From IMG/VR virus record IMGVR_UViG_3300034378_000239: 64,000 nucleotides of DNA; one strand, given 5' to 3'. This DNA is from an uncultured virus (IMG/VR IMGVR_UViG_3300034378_000239) (taxonomy: Duplodnaviria > Heunggongvirae > Uroviricota > Caudoviricetes). Shown in pieces: positions 17,236 to 26,399 of the stretch; within the stretch, counting starts at the first letter, position 1; every line of letters begins with the position of its first letter. The notes below the pieces were generated by a model. It did not search any database and was not told the DNA's origin. It saw only the letters and a program-made list of their open reading frames with translations. The position numbers and the translations under genes were made by a program.

Positions 17236-19677
17236 CTACCTTTGCGCCTTTTGCGTGGCCAAAACGACGGCCCCGAAAAGGTCGTCCGCGATCTCAGCCC
17301 ACGAGGGGGCCGCGGCGTCTGCGCATGCCGCCCTCATTTCGATCCGCAGGGCTTGGTCCTCGAAAAGCCTCGTCATCGCAGCCGAGAGGCGCTGGGCGCC
17401 ATCTGAAACGCCCGAAAGCCCGATAACGAGGCCGGTCCTTTCGTGCCGTACGAGCTCCTTGGGACCGCCCACGTCGCTCACGATGCAGGGAAGCCCCGAT
17501 GCCCTGGCCTCGAGCACGACGTTCCCGAACGTGTCTGTGAGCGAGGGGAACACGAACAGGTCGGCCGATGCGTAGGCCGTCTTGAGATCCTGGCCGCGCA
17601 AATAGCCCGTAAATACCACCTGGTGCCGTGCGTAACGTCTCCTCAGCGAGGCGAGCTCGGGCCCGTCCCCGACGATCGCGAGCTGGCTTTGCCTCGCGGC
17701 TTTCGAATTCGCTCTCGTGAGGACCCAGGCCTCCAGAAGCAGCCTTATGTTCTTTTCCGAGGAGATCCGCCCCACGTACAGAAACGTGAAGCACCTTCTT
17801 CCCCCATAACGGCGCCAAAACGAGGGATCCCGGTTGCCCGCACCGAAGCCCGGCCCGAGCCCTCGCCGGAGCACCGAGATCCTGTCTCTTTCGAGGCCGT
17901 GCTCGCAAAGCAGCTCGCGGTAGGCCGTGCTCGGCACCAGAACCCTGTCGCACCTGCCATAAAACCACTGCATCGCGTTCCAGGCCATGCGCTCGAAGCC
18001 CTCGTCCTTGGTCAGAGTCCCGACGTAGCGAGGGATGTCGGTGTGGTAGATCCCCACCGTGCGCAGGCGGAGAAGACGCGCGGCCAAAAGCCCCAAGAGA
18101 CCCATGGGCCCGGGCGTGGAGATGATGAGCTCGTCGAGCTTGGCCCGTTCGATGTATTCGAGCACCTCCAAAACCGGAGGGAAGCTGAGCTTCATCTCGG
18201 GGTACTCCGGGATCTCGAAAAGACCCACGGGAGCGAAGTTCTTGGCCCGGAAGGGCCCGCGCGGGTGGTCGGGAAGGCACGTCATCACCTGGACCCCGTA
18301 GCCGGCGCGAAAGGCCGCCTCGCTGACGTTCGCGATCGTGTGGGCGACGCCGTTTATGTCATTGAACGTGTCGGTAATCCAGCCGACCTGGTCCGAGCGC
18401 CGAAGGTGACCCGAGGCCCGCGGAAACCTCGCGACGACGTCCCGCAAAAAGGCGTCGTCCTTGTTCTGCGTGCGAAACGCGAACACATAGGGCGAGGTCG
18501 CGAGCAAAACCGGCACGACCGCGGAAAGGGCCTCGAAGCTCCGAAACAGATCGCCACGAAGGAATCTCCCGAGAGCGTTGCGCACGAACGTATGGCTGAG
18601 CCCGTGCGCCAGGCGGCAGCTCGTCCGAAACGTGTACGCCGAGTGGTCATCGGTGGGCTCGGCTTTCCGCTCGGTTTCGATGAGGTCGGAGACCTCGCGC
18701 ACGATCATCCTCTCGGTGCCGCTCAGCGCCTTTATCTTGCGCCTCACGAACCAGCTCCTCACTGCGCTCGCGATCCAGCTCCGCCTCTTCGGTTGGCGTG
18801 GCCTGAGGAGGCGCTCGAACACCCCCCGCATGAGCTTCGAATCGACGTCCTTTACGATTCGGGTCCTGTAGTAGTCGTACGCCACGTGATAAAACCCGTG
18901 CGCCAACCTGATCGAGCATCCCGCGGCCCCGGCCGCCTCGTGGCGCCCGTCTCGCAGAAAGCCGACATACTCCGAAGCGGTCCTCGCCCTGGGCGTCACG
19001 GTGTGTGCACAGGCGACGTAATGGCCGCTGTGGTCGTCGCTTCCCCCCGTGAAGAGCTTCTTTTGGGGGGTCGGCCCCCAAAACGAAAGGCCGTGACACT
19101 CGGCCATCCGCTCGATGTCGTGCGTCGTGAGCGAGGCGAGCACGATCCGAAGCGCATCGGCTTCGCGCATGCTTCTCGTGCCGTTTATGAGCTCGAACCG
19201 GTTGAACAAGACGAGCAGCTTCTCGAACTCGGCGACCGTCAGCCGGTCGCTCACGCGAAAAAACGGATGCGCGACGGTCGCGACGATGTCCTCGGTATGA
19301 AGGTAGTCGCGAAGCACGTAGATGTCCGCCCTCGTCGCCTCGATCCCCCGAAACTGCTCCTCGGTGATCCCGCTCGCCACGATGTGGACCTTGGCCTCGC
19401 TTTCGGGAAACATCGTGGTGATCTCGACGGAGATGAACGTGCGCGGAAGCGAGGCCAGCTTGAGGGCGCCCTCGATGCGGTCGTGGTCGGCAATCGTGAC
19501 GAAGTCCATCCCGGCGGCGCGCGCCTTGTCATAAAGTGCCCGCGGCTCGGTGAAGCACTCCGCGACTCCCACTCGCCTGAGCACCCACCCGGTCGGGTTG
19601 TCGGAGTAGCGACTGTGAACGTGCAGATCGGCCGCGGACCCCGAGGCCGTGCGAGCAGTGGGGCTCTTTGGGGGCAT
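17236..19677 (-). CDS. PHP-domain + GT4 (GT-B) glycosyltransferase fusion
   Basis: DLHVHSRYSD, TIADHD, GGSDDH (PHP); TDTF.DINGVA, YHTD, YVGRISSEKN, FVFPSLTDTFGNVVLEA.ASGLP (GT4). Confidence 0.93.
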   Translation of the reverse strand: MPPKSPTARTASGSAADLHVHSRYSDNPTGWVLRRVGVAECFTEPRALYDKARAAGMDFVTIADHDRIEGALKLASLPRTFISVEITTMFPESEAKVHIVASGITEEQFRGIEATRADIYVLRDYLHTEDIVATVAHPFFRVSDRLTVAEFEKLLVLFNRFELINGTRSMREADALRIVLASLTTHDIERMAECHGLSFWGPTPQKKLFTGGSDDHSGHYVACAHTVTPRARTASEYVGFLRDGRHEAAGAAGCSIRLAHGFYHVAYDYYRTRIVKDVDSKLMRGVFERLLRPRQPKRRSWIASAVRSWFVRRKIKALSGTERMIVREVSDLIETERKAEPTDDHSAYTFRTSCRLAHGLSHTFVRNALGRFLRGDLFRSFEALSAVVPVLLATSPYVFAFRTQNKDDAFLRDVVARFPRASGHLRRSDQVGWITDTFNDINGVAHTIANVSEAAFRAGYGVQVMTCLPDHPRGPFRAKNFAPVGLFEIPEYPEMKLSFPPVLEVLEYIERAKLDELIISTPGPMGLLGLLAARLLRLRTVGIYHTDIPRYVGTLTKDEGFERMAWNAMQWFYGRCDRVLVPSTAYRELLCEHGLERDRISVLRRGLGPGFGAGNRDPSFWRRYGGRRCFTFLYVGRISSEKNIRLLLEAWVLTRANSKAARQSQLAIVGDGPELASLRRRYARHQVVFTGYLRGQDLKTAYASADLFVFPSLTDTFGNVVLEARASGLPCIVSDVGGPKELVRHERTGLVIGLSGVSDGAQRLSAAMTRLFEDQALRIEMRAACADAAAPSWAEIADDLFGAVVLATQKAQR

Positions 19678-19748
19678 GCTGGCGGGGCTCGTTTCGTGAC
19701 GACGGGGCCTGTCCGCTTTGTTGCCATGGCGCCCCCTCGCTTTGTGCC

Positions 19749-20009
19749 TCATCGCGAGACATCATAGGGCCCGGCCCGCTTCCAATGAAGACCGGCCTCG
19801 TGCGCGCGAGCACCTTCGAGCGCAGCGCGCCACGTCGGCCCCCGGCCGAGAACCGACCACGAGTAGGGGTCGGCCCCACGCACCCCGACGTAGCGCACCA
19901 CGACCACGGCGTCCTCGGCCATGCCCCACGCGCGCTCCTCGAGCACGATCGCCCCGGGCCCGAACAGCTGGCGGGCCTCGGCTAAAGCCTCCTCCTGGGT
20001 GACTTCCAC
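19749..20009 (-). CDS. hypothetical protein
   Basis: Operon context. Confidence 0.45.
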   Translation of the reverse strand: MEVTQEEALAEARQLFGPGAIVLEERAWGMAEDAVVVVRYVGVRGADPYSWSVLGRGPTWRAALEGARAHEAGLHWKRAGPYDVSR

Positions 20010-20013
20010 GGGC

Positions 20014-20859
20014 CTACAGCCGCGCCAGCGCCCGTACCTTGGCCGGGTCCACCCGCACCGCCCGGGGCGTACTCTGCACTCTCTCCACCGGGTTTCGGCG
20101 CTTGCGACGCGCTGCCTTCTTCCGACGACGCTTGCGACGCGGGTTGTCCGGGGCCTCAGCGGCCGCTGGAGGCGGCGTGGGCCTCGGCGGGGCCTTGGCC
20201 CCAGCCGGTGCTCGCCGCTTCTGTGGGGCCGCAGGCGCAGCCTCGGCCGGGTTGCGACGGCGGCGGCGCTTGGTCCTCTTCTTGGTCGTCTTGCGCCGCT
20301 TGCGCCTGCGCGGGTTCTCCGCCTTTTCCGCCTTGGCCTTTGGCGCGGCCTCGGGCTCGGGGTTGACCTTTTTGCCCTTGGCCCGAGCAGTCCCGAGCGC
20401 TATGGCCGCCGCCCGGCTCGGGGCGATCCCCGCGGCCACGATCTTCTTTCCGCGCCGAAGCATCCAGCGATAGCTTCCCCGCATCTTGAACGTCGTCAAT
20501 TTGTACGCACCGATCGTCTTGGTCTGAGCCGCCGAGCTCTTCTTCGCACCCGAGCGCTTGGTGCGGCGCTTCGTGGTCTTTGTCTTCGTGACGCGCCTCT
20601 TCGTCTTCCGCTTTTTGGTCTTGCGCTTGGTCACGCGCTTTTTGGTCTTGCGCTTGCGCGCGCCCTTCTTCGCGGCCCGCGACCTGGCCGCCTTCTTGCG
20701 CGCCCTGGTCCGCGCGGCCTTCTTGCCCGCAGCGACCCGCTTCGCGCTCTTTCTCTTGGTCTTCCGCTTTGCGGTCTTCCGCTTCTTTGCGCGCCGCTTC
20801 TTTCTCGGATTGTAGGCGGCCATTCTGTAGCTCCCTTTCTTCTTCTTCGTGACTGCCAT
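20014..20859 (-). CDS. histone/protamine-like basic protein with six NP motifs (putative virion core DNA-binding protein)
   Basis: K/R/A/T-rich, KRKTKKR repeats; YNP, VNP, ENP, RNP, DNP, RNP; ends KVRALARL. Confidence 0.8.
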   Translation of the reverse strand: MAVTKKKKGSYRMAAYNPRKKRRAKKRKTAKRKTKRKSAKRVAAGKKAARTRARKKAARSRAAKKGARKRKTKKRVTKRKTKKRKTKRRVTKTKTTKRRTKRSGAKKSSAAQTKTIGAYKLTTFKMRGSYRWMLRRGKKIVAAGIAPSRAAAIALGTARAKGKKVNPEPEAAPKAKAEKAENPRRRKRRKTTKKRTKRRRRRNPAEAAPAAPQKRRAPAGAKAPPRPTPPPAAAEAPDNPRRKRRRKKAARRKRRNPVERVQSTPRAVRVDPAKVRALARL

Positions 20860-20866
20860 TTTGGAA

Positions 20867-21475
20867 TCAGTGCTCCAGTCCTCGTGAGGTCATCTTCAAC
20901 TTTCCGCCCCTCACGAGGATCACCTGGGGCGGATCGCCTTCCTTGCCGGCGACCCATGCCCTGGGCCCCGGAGAGTGGTAGTGCTGCCAGTCATCGGACT
21001 TCCCGAACGGGCTCCGATACACGATCCGGATCGCCGCGCCTTGCTGGCGAATACGCGGCGTCGGCACGGAGGACTCCACGCGCTTGGTCGCGCCGGGCTT
21101 GCCCCAGCGCCTGTTCCAGCGCGCGCTCGCCCGCCTGGCCTTTCGATCCAGGCCGAGATGCTCGATCCGCTCGAGACGCATCGAGCTCCTTTCGACCTTG
21201 GTCCCGGGCCACGAGTAGTAGGCCTGCAGCTCCTCGGACCAGTAGACCGTCGGCGCGCCGCCGAGCGTCCACTGGTGGACGATGAGCACGCCCGACGGCT
21301 TCATGACCTCGAGCGAGAGGAGCTTGCCGAGCACGGCCCCGGGATTGGGGCGCAGAACCTCGGGCGCGACCGGCGGCCGCATGCGAAACGTGCGCTCGGC
21401 AATGCGCGCCACCTTCCGAGCCTTGGCCGGCTCGTCATAGAACTGGATCGCAGAGTCGTAGAAGGCGGTGTCCAT
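20867..21475 (-). CDS. conserved viral protein of unknown function
   Basis: RPNPG motif; C-terminal I.Y.S.....W.H......VILVRGGKLKMTSRGL. Confidence 0.7.
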   Translation of the reverse strand: MDTAFYDSAIQFYDEPAKARKVARIAERTFRMRPPVAPEVLRPNPGAVLGKLLSLEVMKPSGVLIVHQWTLGGAPTVYWSEELQAYYSWPGTKVERSSMRLERIEHLGLDRKARRASARWNRRWGKPGATKRVESSVPTPRIRQQGAAIRIVYRSPFGKSDDWQHYHSPGPRAWVAGKEGDPPQVILVRGGKLKMTSRGLEH

Positions 21476-21477
21476 GG

Positions 21478-22377
21478 TCAGTCTCCGCACAGGCAGTCGC
21501 CCTCACCGACGTCGAGGACTTCCGCTGGAAAGAGGTCGAGCTGGCGGCGGAGCAGATCCGCACGCGTGAGCAAGGACGACACCGGCTGGTCCTTTCGGAA
21601 GGTCGCGCCGATCTTCGTCTCCTGCTCGATCCACCACGTCGCGAGCTCGGGGTGCGCGGTGATGATCTGCAGCCTCTTCTTTACGCCCTTCAGAAAACAG
21701 AGGTCGCAGTTGCTCTCGTATGGCTTGAGCCGAAGATCGAACGGGCTGCAGCGCCAGTACGCCATCACGTCGTCCTCGCAGACCCCGGCATCCACGAGGG
21801 GAAACTGGTACCACCACCGCTCGTTGCCCTCGCCACGTTGCAGCCTGACCATGCGGTGAACCTCGTCAGCGCGAACACCGATGACCATGCCCCAGTGCTC
21901 GTAGCCGCGAGCCCGCATCCACTTCTTGATCGGTCGGATCTTGAGCTCGGTGGTGCAAAACCGCGTGACGGGATTCGGAACGTAGCCACGGTCCTCGATG
22001 AGCTTTGCGAAGCCCCCGGGCCTTTCGACCCAGTGCACCGGGACGTTCCATTGCTTCGCGCAATCGCGCACGAAGTCGTAAGTCTCCTCGCGCTCCTTGT
22101 GCGTGTCCGCAAACAAGACGTGCACGTCCTTCGGCAGCTCGCCATCGTACTCATCCTTCTTGTCGGTGACGCGCCAGATCTTCCATCCGTACGACGTCCC
22201 GCCGTAGACCCACATCGTCTTTTTGCGCTTCTTCGCGTAGTACCCCGCGGAGATCACGGCACCGCTGAAGTCGCCCTCGCTCTTCGCCCGCAGCTTCATC
22301 GCGCGCAGCGAGCTGGTCGCCGCCCGGTCAACCCGGGGCGGTCCCAAAACGATCGTCTGCGGGTTCTTCTTCGGCAT
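21478..22377 (-). CDS. PAPS-reductase-family protein with a chimeric KKNP-type N-terminus
   Basis: VHVLFADTHKEREETYDFV, PNPVTRFCTTELKIRP, IGVRADE..R, SNCDLCFLK; canonical SGG PP-loop absent. Confidence 0.85.
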   Translation of the reverse strand: MPKKNPQTIVLGPPRVDRAATSSLRAMKLRAKSEGDFSGAVISAGYYAKKRKKTMWVYGGTSYGWKIWRVTDKKDEYDGELPKDVHVLFADTHKEREETYDFVRDCAKQWNVPVHWVERPGGFAKLIEDRGYVPNPVTRFCTTELKIRPIKKWMRARGYEHWGMVIGVRADEVHRMVRLQRGEGNERWWYQFPLVDAGVCEDDVMAYWRCSPFDLRLKPYESNCDLCFLKGVKKRLQIITAHPELATWWIEQETKIGATFRKDQPVSSLLTRADLLRRQLDLFPAEVLDVGEGDCLCGD

Positions 22378-22392
22378 GGATCGGTTCGCTAT

Positions 22393-23094
22393 CTATCCGC
22401 GACCGCGCCGACGGGCGATTTGGGGCACCCGCCGCGGAGGTACGATCGGCGGAGGAACTCTGGGAGGCTCCATCGGCCGGGGAGCACCCGGCGGCGGGAT
22501 CGGCACGGGGCGCCTGCCCCCAGGTGGCCTCGGAGGCTCCATCGGCCGGGGACCCGCGGGCACGGCCGGAACGCACCCGATGAACCGACCGCGAGCGTCA
22601 CGCGCGGCGCGTGTGCCCGGTGGACAAAGGACCGGAGGCCGCGGCTCATCACTTGGCGGCGTGGGACGCGGCACACCCGGAGGCCTGGGAGCTCCCTTGC
22701 AACCGAGGAAGTTGCCGGCCCAGTCGTAAAGCGGCCTCGTCCCGGGCGGGCAGAGCCTCTGCGCCGCCCCGACGCGGAGCCGAGCGCCCCCGCGACCCAA
22801 GGCGCGCGTTCGTCCACGTACCCGGGCGCCCCCGCTGGGCGTTTTGGGCCTTCGGCCCTCCCCCATGTTGTATCGGACGCATCGCATCATGGCGGTGGCG
22901 TCCTTTGGGTCGCCCATACAAACCTGCTTTCCGGTATCGGGATCGAGGGCGCACGCCCCACCACAGAGTTCGCAAGCTTCGCAGAAGGTCGTTGCCGTCG
23001 GAACCTGTCCGCTCCGCGCGCGCTGGAGTGCCGCGCCGATGCCGTAGCGGTCCCGGCAGTTGGGGTTGTAGTTTCTGCTTCCCATGCTGTACAT
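22393..23094 (-). CDS. Cys/Pro-rich protein with RDRYGIGAALQR motif
   Basis: AAGGAG RBS; N-terminus paralogous to 23541-23777; LCPPGTR x2 and RPMEPPR x2. Confidence 0.7.
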   Translation of the reverse strand: MYSMGSRNYNPNCRDRYGIGAALQRARSGQVPTATTFCEACELCGGACALDPDTGKQVCMGDPKDATAMMRCVRYNMGEGRRPKTPSGGARVRGRTRALGRGGARLRVGAAQRLCPPGTRPLYDWAGNFLGCKGAPRPPGVPRPTPPSDEPRPPVLCPPGTRAARDARGRFIGCVPAVPAGPRPMEPPRPPGGRRPVPIPPPGAPRPMEPPRVPPPIVPPRRVPQIARRRGRG

Positions 23095-23114
23095 GATGAC
23101 TCCTTTTACTGGTT

Positions 23115-23486
23115 TCAGAGTACCTCGAAGGTCCAGTACGTCGGCGCGGTCCCGGCCTTCGTGTAATGAAGCACGACCTCGTAAAACCCCTGCCTGAGGA
23201 AGCGAAGCTCGACGATGCCGGCCTTCGAATCGATGGCGATCTCGTAGTCGGTGCCCTCTTCGGCCGCGCCGCGCTTTTCCTCGCTCACCTGGACGCTTGT
23301 CGGCTTCGGATGCTGGGGCGCGAGGTAGACCTCCTTTTCGCGCCTGGCATCGTACGCCCCGGGCGCGAACGCGCTTTCGGCCGGCGGCGGCAAGGTCGGC
23401 TCGCCGGTCTCCTTCTTTCGGGTCGCCACGTAGGCGATCACGCCTCCGAGCACCATCGCGACGACCAATCCTGCTTGTGCGGCCAT
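23115..23486 (-). CDS. N-terminally membrane-anchored beta-rich protein
   Basis: Hydrophobic N-terminus followed by RKKE; AAGGA RBS. Confidence 0.7.
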   Translation of the reverse strand: MAAQAGLVVAMVLGGVIAYVATRKKETGEPTLPPPAESAFAPGAYDARREKEVYLAPQHPKPTSVQVSEEKRGAAEEGTDYEIAIDSKAGIVELRFLRQGFYEVVLHYTKAGTAPTYWTFEVL

Positions 23487-23540
23487 GTTCGTTGTTCCTT
23501 TCTCGGGATCGGTTCGCTACCTTCGCGGGACTCCATCCAT

Positions 23541-23777
23541 TCAGGGCATGATCACCCGCTGGCGCACGTACCTGCAGTTGTCGTAGCACTCCTGCCACTC
23601 GGGAAAGCCCCAGTGCGGGTACAGCCGGGACATGTTGTGGCACCATGCGGCGCAGCCGCCCTTCGTGCGACCGGCCGGCGCTTGAGGAGCTCGGGCCCGC
23701 GCGCGCTGAAGCGCCGCGCCTATGCCGTAGCGGTCCCGGCAGTTCGGACGGTAGGTTCTTGAGCCGATCGCGTACAT
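23541..23777 (-). CDS. small Cys-rich protein with RDRYGIGAALQR motif
   Basis: TGATG-coupled to the upstream tagged gene. Confidence 0.7.
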   Translation of the reverse strand: MYAIGSRTYRPNCRDRYGIGAALQRARARAPQAPAGRTKGGCAAWCHNMSRLYPHWGFPEWQECYDNCRYVRQRVIMP

Positions 23778-24259
23778 CACACCCTCGTGAGCTTGCTGAG
23801 CTTCTTGAGGTCGCCTCCAGCCGGATTTCGCCTGGCCCGGCGGCGACGTCTCGGTGGGTTCTCGAAAGCACGGTGCCCCCGATGCCGCAGGTTCATGACC
23901 GTGTGCATCGTCGTGCTCCGCTCGGCAAACGGCCGCCAATACTCCGCCTCGATCCATACGGAATCCGCCAGATTCTTCCGAATGAGCTCCTTTGCCGCCT
24001 TTATCGCGCCGGGCAGATCGAGGCCGAAGTCCTGGTAGTCGCCGAGCCACTCGTTTTCCTTGGCCGCATGAAGGAGAAGCCTCACCGAAAGCGCCCTGAT
24101 CCCCTTCTCGGTCTGCGCAGCCTTCTTGAGCTGCGCCCACGACACGGGTTTCCACGCATCCTTGTCGCTGCGATGAAGCTCGAAGTCACGGCGGCTGCCG
24201 ACTTCCTTCCGCTCATCGTGGTGGATGACTACGGGGTCCTCTTTCTTCTTTCTCGCCAT
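23777..24259 (-). CDS. LSKLTRV-tagged cargo protein
   Basis: Starts MARKKK; ends RRNPAGGDLKKLSKLTRV. Confidence 0.8.
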   Translation of the reverse strand: MARKKKEDPVVIHHDERKEVGSRRDFELHRSDKDAWKPVSWAQLKKAAQTEKGIRALSVRLLLHAAKENEWLGDYQDFGLDLPGAIKAAKELIRKNLADSVWIEAEYWRPFAERSTTMHTVMNLRHRGHRAFENPPRRRRRARRNPAGGDLKKLSKLTRV

Positions 24260-24287
24260 CTGGGATCGCTCTTTTGCCTTTTCGACT

Positions 24288-24617
24288 TCAGTCGCCGATG
24301 TGATCGGCGATCATCTCCTTGACCATGGCCTCGCAGGCCTTGCCCGTGGTCCCGTACGCGCCGTAGTGGCCATGGCCCTCGTGGTCCTTGAAATGCCCGC
24401 GCCAGCGGTAGGTGTTCGACTCCTCCATGGACATGTGCGAGCCGTCAGGACGCCGGAGCCCGGGAAGCACCTCGTTTGGACCGCTGTAGTAGCACCAGTA
24501 CGGAAAGCCGCGGTAGCCGCCCTCGATGCCGGCCCACTTCTTCCCGAACGAGAACTTAGAGGCCGCAAACAGCATGATGCCGCCCAAGATCACGAGAGGT
24601 AGCATGGGAGTCGCCAT
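24288..24617 (-). CDS. N-terminally membrane-anchored protein (untagged)
   Basis: Hydrophobic N-terminus; TGATG coupling. Confidence 0.7.
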   Translation of the reverse strand: MATPMLPLVILGGIMLFAASKFSFGKKWAGIEGGYRGFPYWCYYSGPNEVLPGLRRPDGSHMSMEESNTYRWRGHFKDHEGHGHYGAYGTTGKACEAMVKEMIADHIGD

Positions 24618-25270
24618 CACACCCTCGTGAGCTTCGTGAGCGCCCGAAGCCGGGACGGGTTTTCGGCCGGGCGCCGCCGGCCGCGCTCGCGCTTGGGCGC
24701 GCCCTCAGGGCGCCTCTTGACCTGCTTGCCGACCCAGATGAGCGCCTTGCCCTTGGTCTTGAAAGTCTTCTGTCGCTCATCGCCGTCCTCGTCTTCCCAG
24801 GTCACCCGGAACTTCGAAGGCTTGCAGGATCGGATCTCCTCAATCCTGTAACCAGCGATCTCCTCCTCCTCGAAAACCTCGGTTTCGGCCCGAGCGCCAA
24901 GGAGGAAGTTCGGCTTCGGGCCCTTGGGGTTCCCCCTCCCCGTCGCCCAGATGTAGTTCGACAGGATCCTCGAGCCGTACTTCCGCGCGCGCACGTGCTT
25001 ACGGGGCACCACGTTCCCCGCCTTGGTCTTTACGAGCTCGCCCTTCTTGTAGGGCCCCCGCGGCGCCGTGACCTTGACCTCCAAGTGACCCTCGCGCTCG
25101 GGCGACCCGGCCTGGACCCAGCCGTAGCCCCCCGTGATCACCCGAACGACCTTCACCGGCACCAGACCGGAAAACGTGTCCAGGTACGCCAGCGCGCCCG
25201 CGTAGTAGGTCTTCGCCGCCGCCACCCGCTGGCCATGCGTGAGCTCGAACGTGGGGTTTCTCTTCGCCAT
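24617..25270 (-). CDS. LTKLTRV-tagged cargo protein (two NP-delimited modules)
   Basis: MAKRNP...GRGNP...AENPSRLRALTKLTRV. Confidence 0.8.
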   Translation of the reverse strand: MAKRNPTFELTHGQRVAAAKTYYAGALAYLDTFSGLVPVKVVRVITGGYGWVQAGSPEREGHLEVKVTAPRGPYKKGELVKTKAGNVVPRKHVRARKYGSRILSNYIWATGRGNPKGPKPNFLLGARAETEVFEEEEIAGYRIEEIRSCKPSKFRVTWEDEDGDERQKTFKTKGKALIWVGKQVKRRPEGAPKRERGRRRPAENPSRLRALTKLTRV

Positions 25271-25635
25271 CACATCCTCGTCAGCTTGCTGAGCGCCCGA
25301 GAGCGGTCGGGAGCCGGGTTGAGGGTGGGGTTCTTCCGAGGGGCCAGGTCGAAGTCCTTGTTCTTCTTCGAACCTGTCGCCTGGGCAATGTTGGCCGCAA
25401 TCTCCATGGCCGTGATGACCCCACCGTACTTCCGACCCATCCAATCGTACCCATCACGAAGGATCCGATGCTCGCCGAATTCCTTGGGCTTCGTCACCGT
25501 GTAGGTGATGCCCCTGTGCTTGGCGACCATCCCCTTCGCCTTTTTGTACTTGAACCTGAGGGTCAACGTCCCGTCGGACGACTTCGCATCGTAGTCGTCC
25601 GGCACGTAGTACACCGGGTTGCGTTTGCGTGCCAT
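25270..25635 (-). CDS. LSKLTRM-tagged cargo protein
   Basis: MARKRNP...RKNPTLNPAPDRSRALSKLTRM. Confidence 0.8.
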   Translation of the reverse strand: MARKRNPVYYVPDDYDAKSSDGTLTLRFKYKKAKGMVAKHRGITYTVTKPKEFGEHRILRDGYDWMGRKYGGVITAMEIAANIAQATGSKKNKDFDLAPRKNPTLNPAPDRSRALSKLTRM

Positions 25636-26399
25636 CACACCCTCGTGAGCTTGCTGAGGCTCTTCAGCCGGCCGGGGTTCTTCTTGGGGTCCCGTTTCGC
25701 AGGGGGAGCGATCCTTTTGCTGGGGTTCTTCCGCTTCTGGCTGTCCCGAATGACCTTCTGCCGGAAGAGCTTGGCCTCGCGTACCGCCTCCGCGCGGGTG
25801 CGACCGCTCGGCCCCCACACAAACGGCTTGGGAAACGGCTTGCCAGCCTCGTCCAGAAACCTCGTCGAATATGAGCCACCGCGCGTGTAGGTGACCTCGA
25901 TCATATACGGCCTCGGGATCAGCTTCGTGGCCTTGGCCCGATGCAGGGTCGTTCCCTTTCCGTCGTCCGGGAACGGCCGCTTGCGCCCCCAACCGACCGG
26001 CGGCCTTCTCGCTGTGTTCCGTTTCATGGTCTTGCCCCTCTTCGGGTTCGAGCGAAGGCTCGAGCTGAGGTCGCTGATCAGTGAGCCGATCACGGCCTTC
26101 ATCGATGACTTGCGCACCATCGCGTAGATGTATCCGTCCACCTTCGCATTCCCGGAGGCCTCATTCTCCGCGCCGTAGAGCACCACGTAGATCTCGCGAG
26201 ACTCCCTCCCCTTGCGCTTCAGGTCACCCACGAACCAAAGCCCGTAATCCCACTGCCGGGGCATCGTCGCGTGGACCTCCCGCACGGTGAAGGTCCCCAC
26301 ACGCGTAAGCCCCTTCTTGAACATGCTGACGACCTTGGCTGGCTTGTATTCGGCCGGCAGGTACACCGCCAGCCGATCTTGTGGTTTGCGTCTTGCCAT
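25635..26399 (-). CDS. LSKLTRV-tagged cargo protein (two modules)
   Basis: MARRKP...RSNP...RKNP...KKNPGRLKSLSKLTRV. Confidence 0.8.
   Translation of the reverse strand: MARRKPQDRLAVYLPAEYKPAKVVSMFKKGLTRVGTFTVREVHATMPRQWDYGLWFVGDLKRKGRESREIYVVLYGAENEASGNAKVDGYIYAMVRKSSMKAVIGSLISDLSSSLRSNPKRGKTMKRNTARRPPVGWGRKRPFPDDGKGTTLHRAKATKLIPRPYMIEVTYTRGGSYSTRFLDEAGKPFPKPFVWGPSGRTRAEAVREAKLFRQKVIRDSQKRKNPSKRIAPPAKRDPKKNPGRLKSLSKLTRV

Noticed and set aside
17443..19767. Long antisense ORFs (also 21652-23166, 29602-31434, 47368-48879, 48009-49865, 58469-59986)
   Set aside because: Shadow frames opposite well-supported genes, expected at this GC content.
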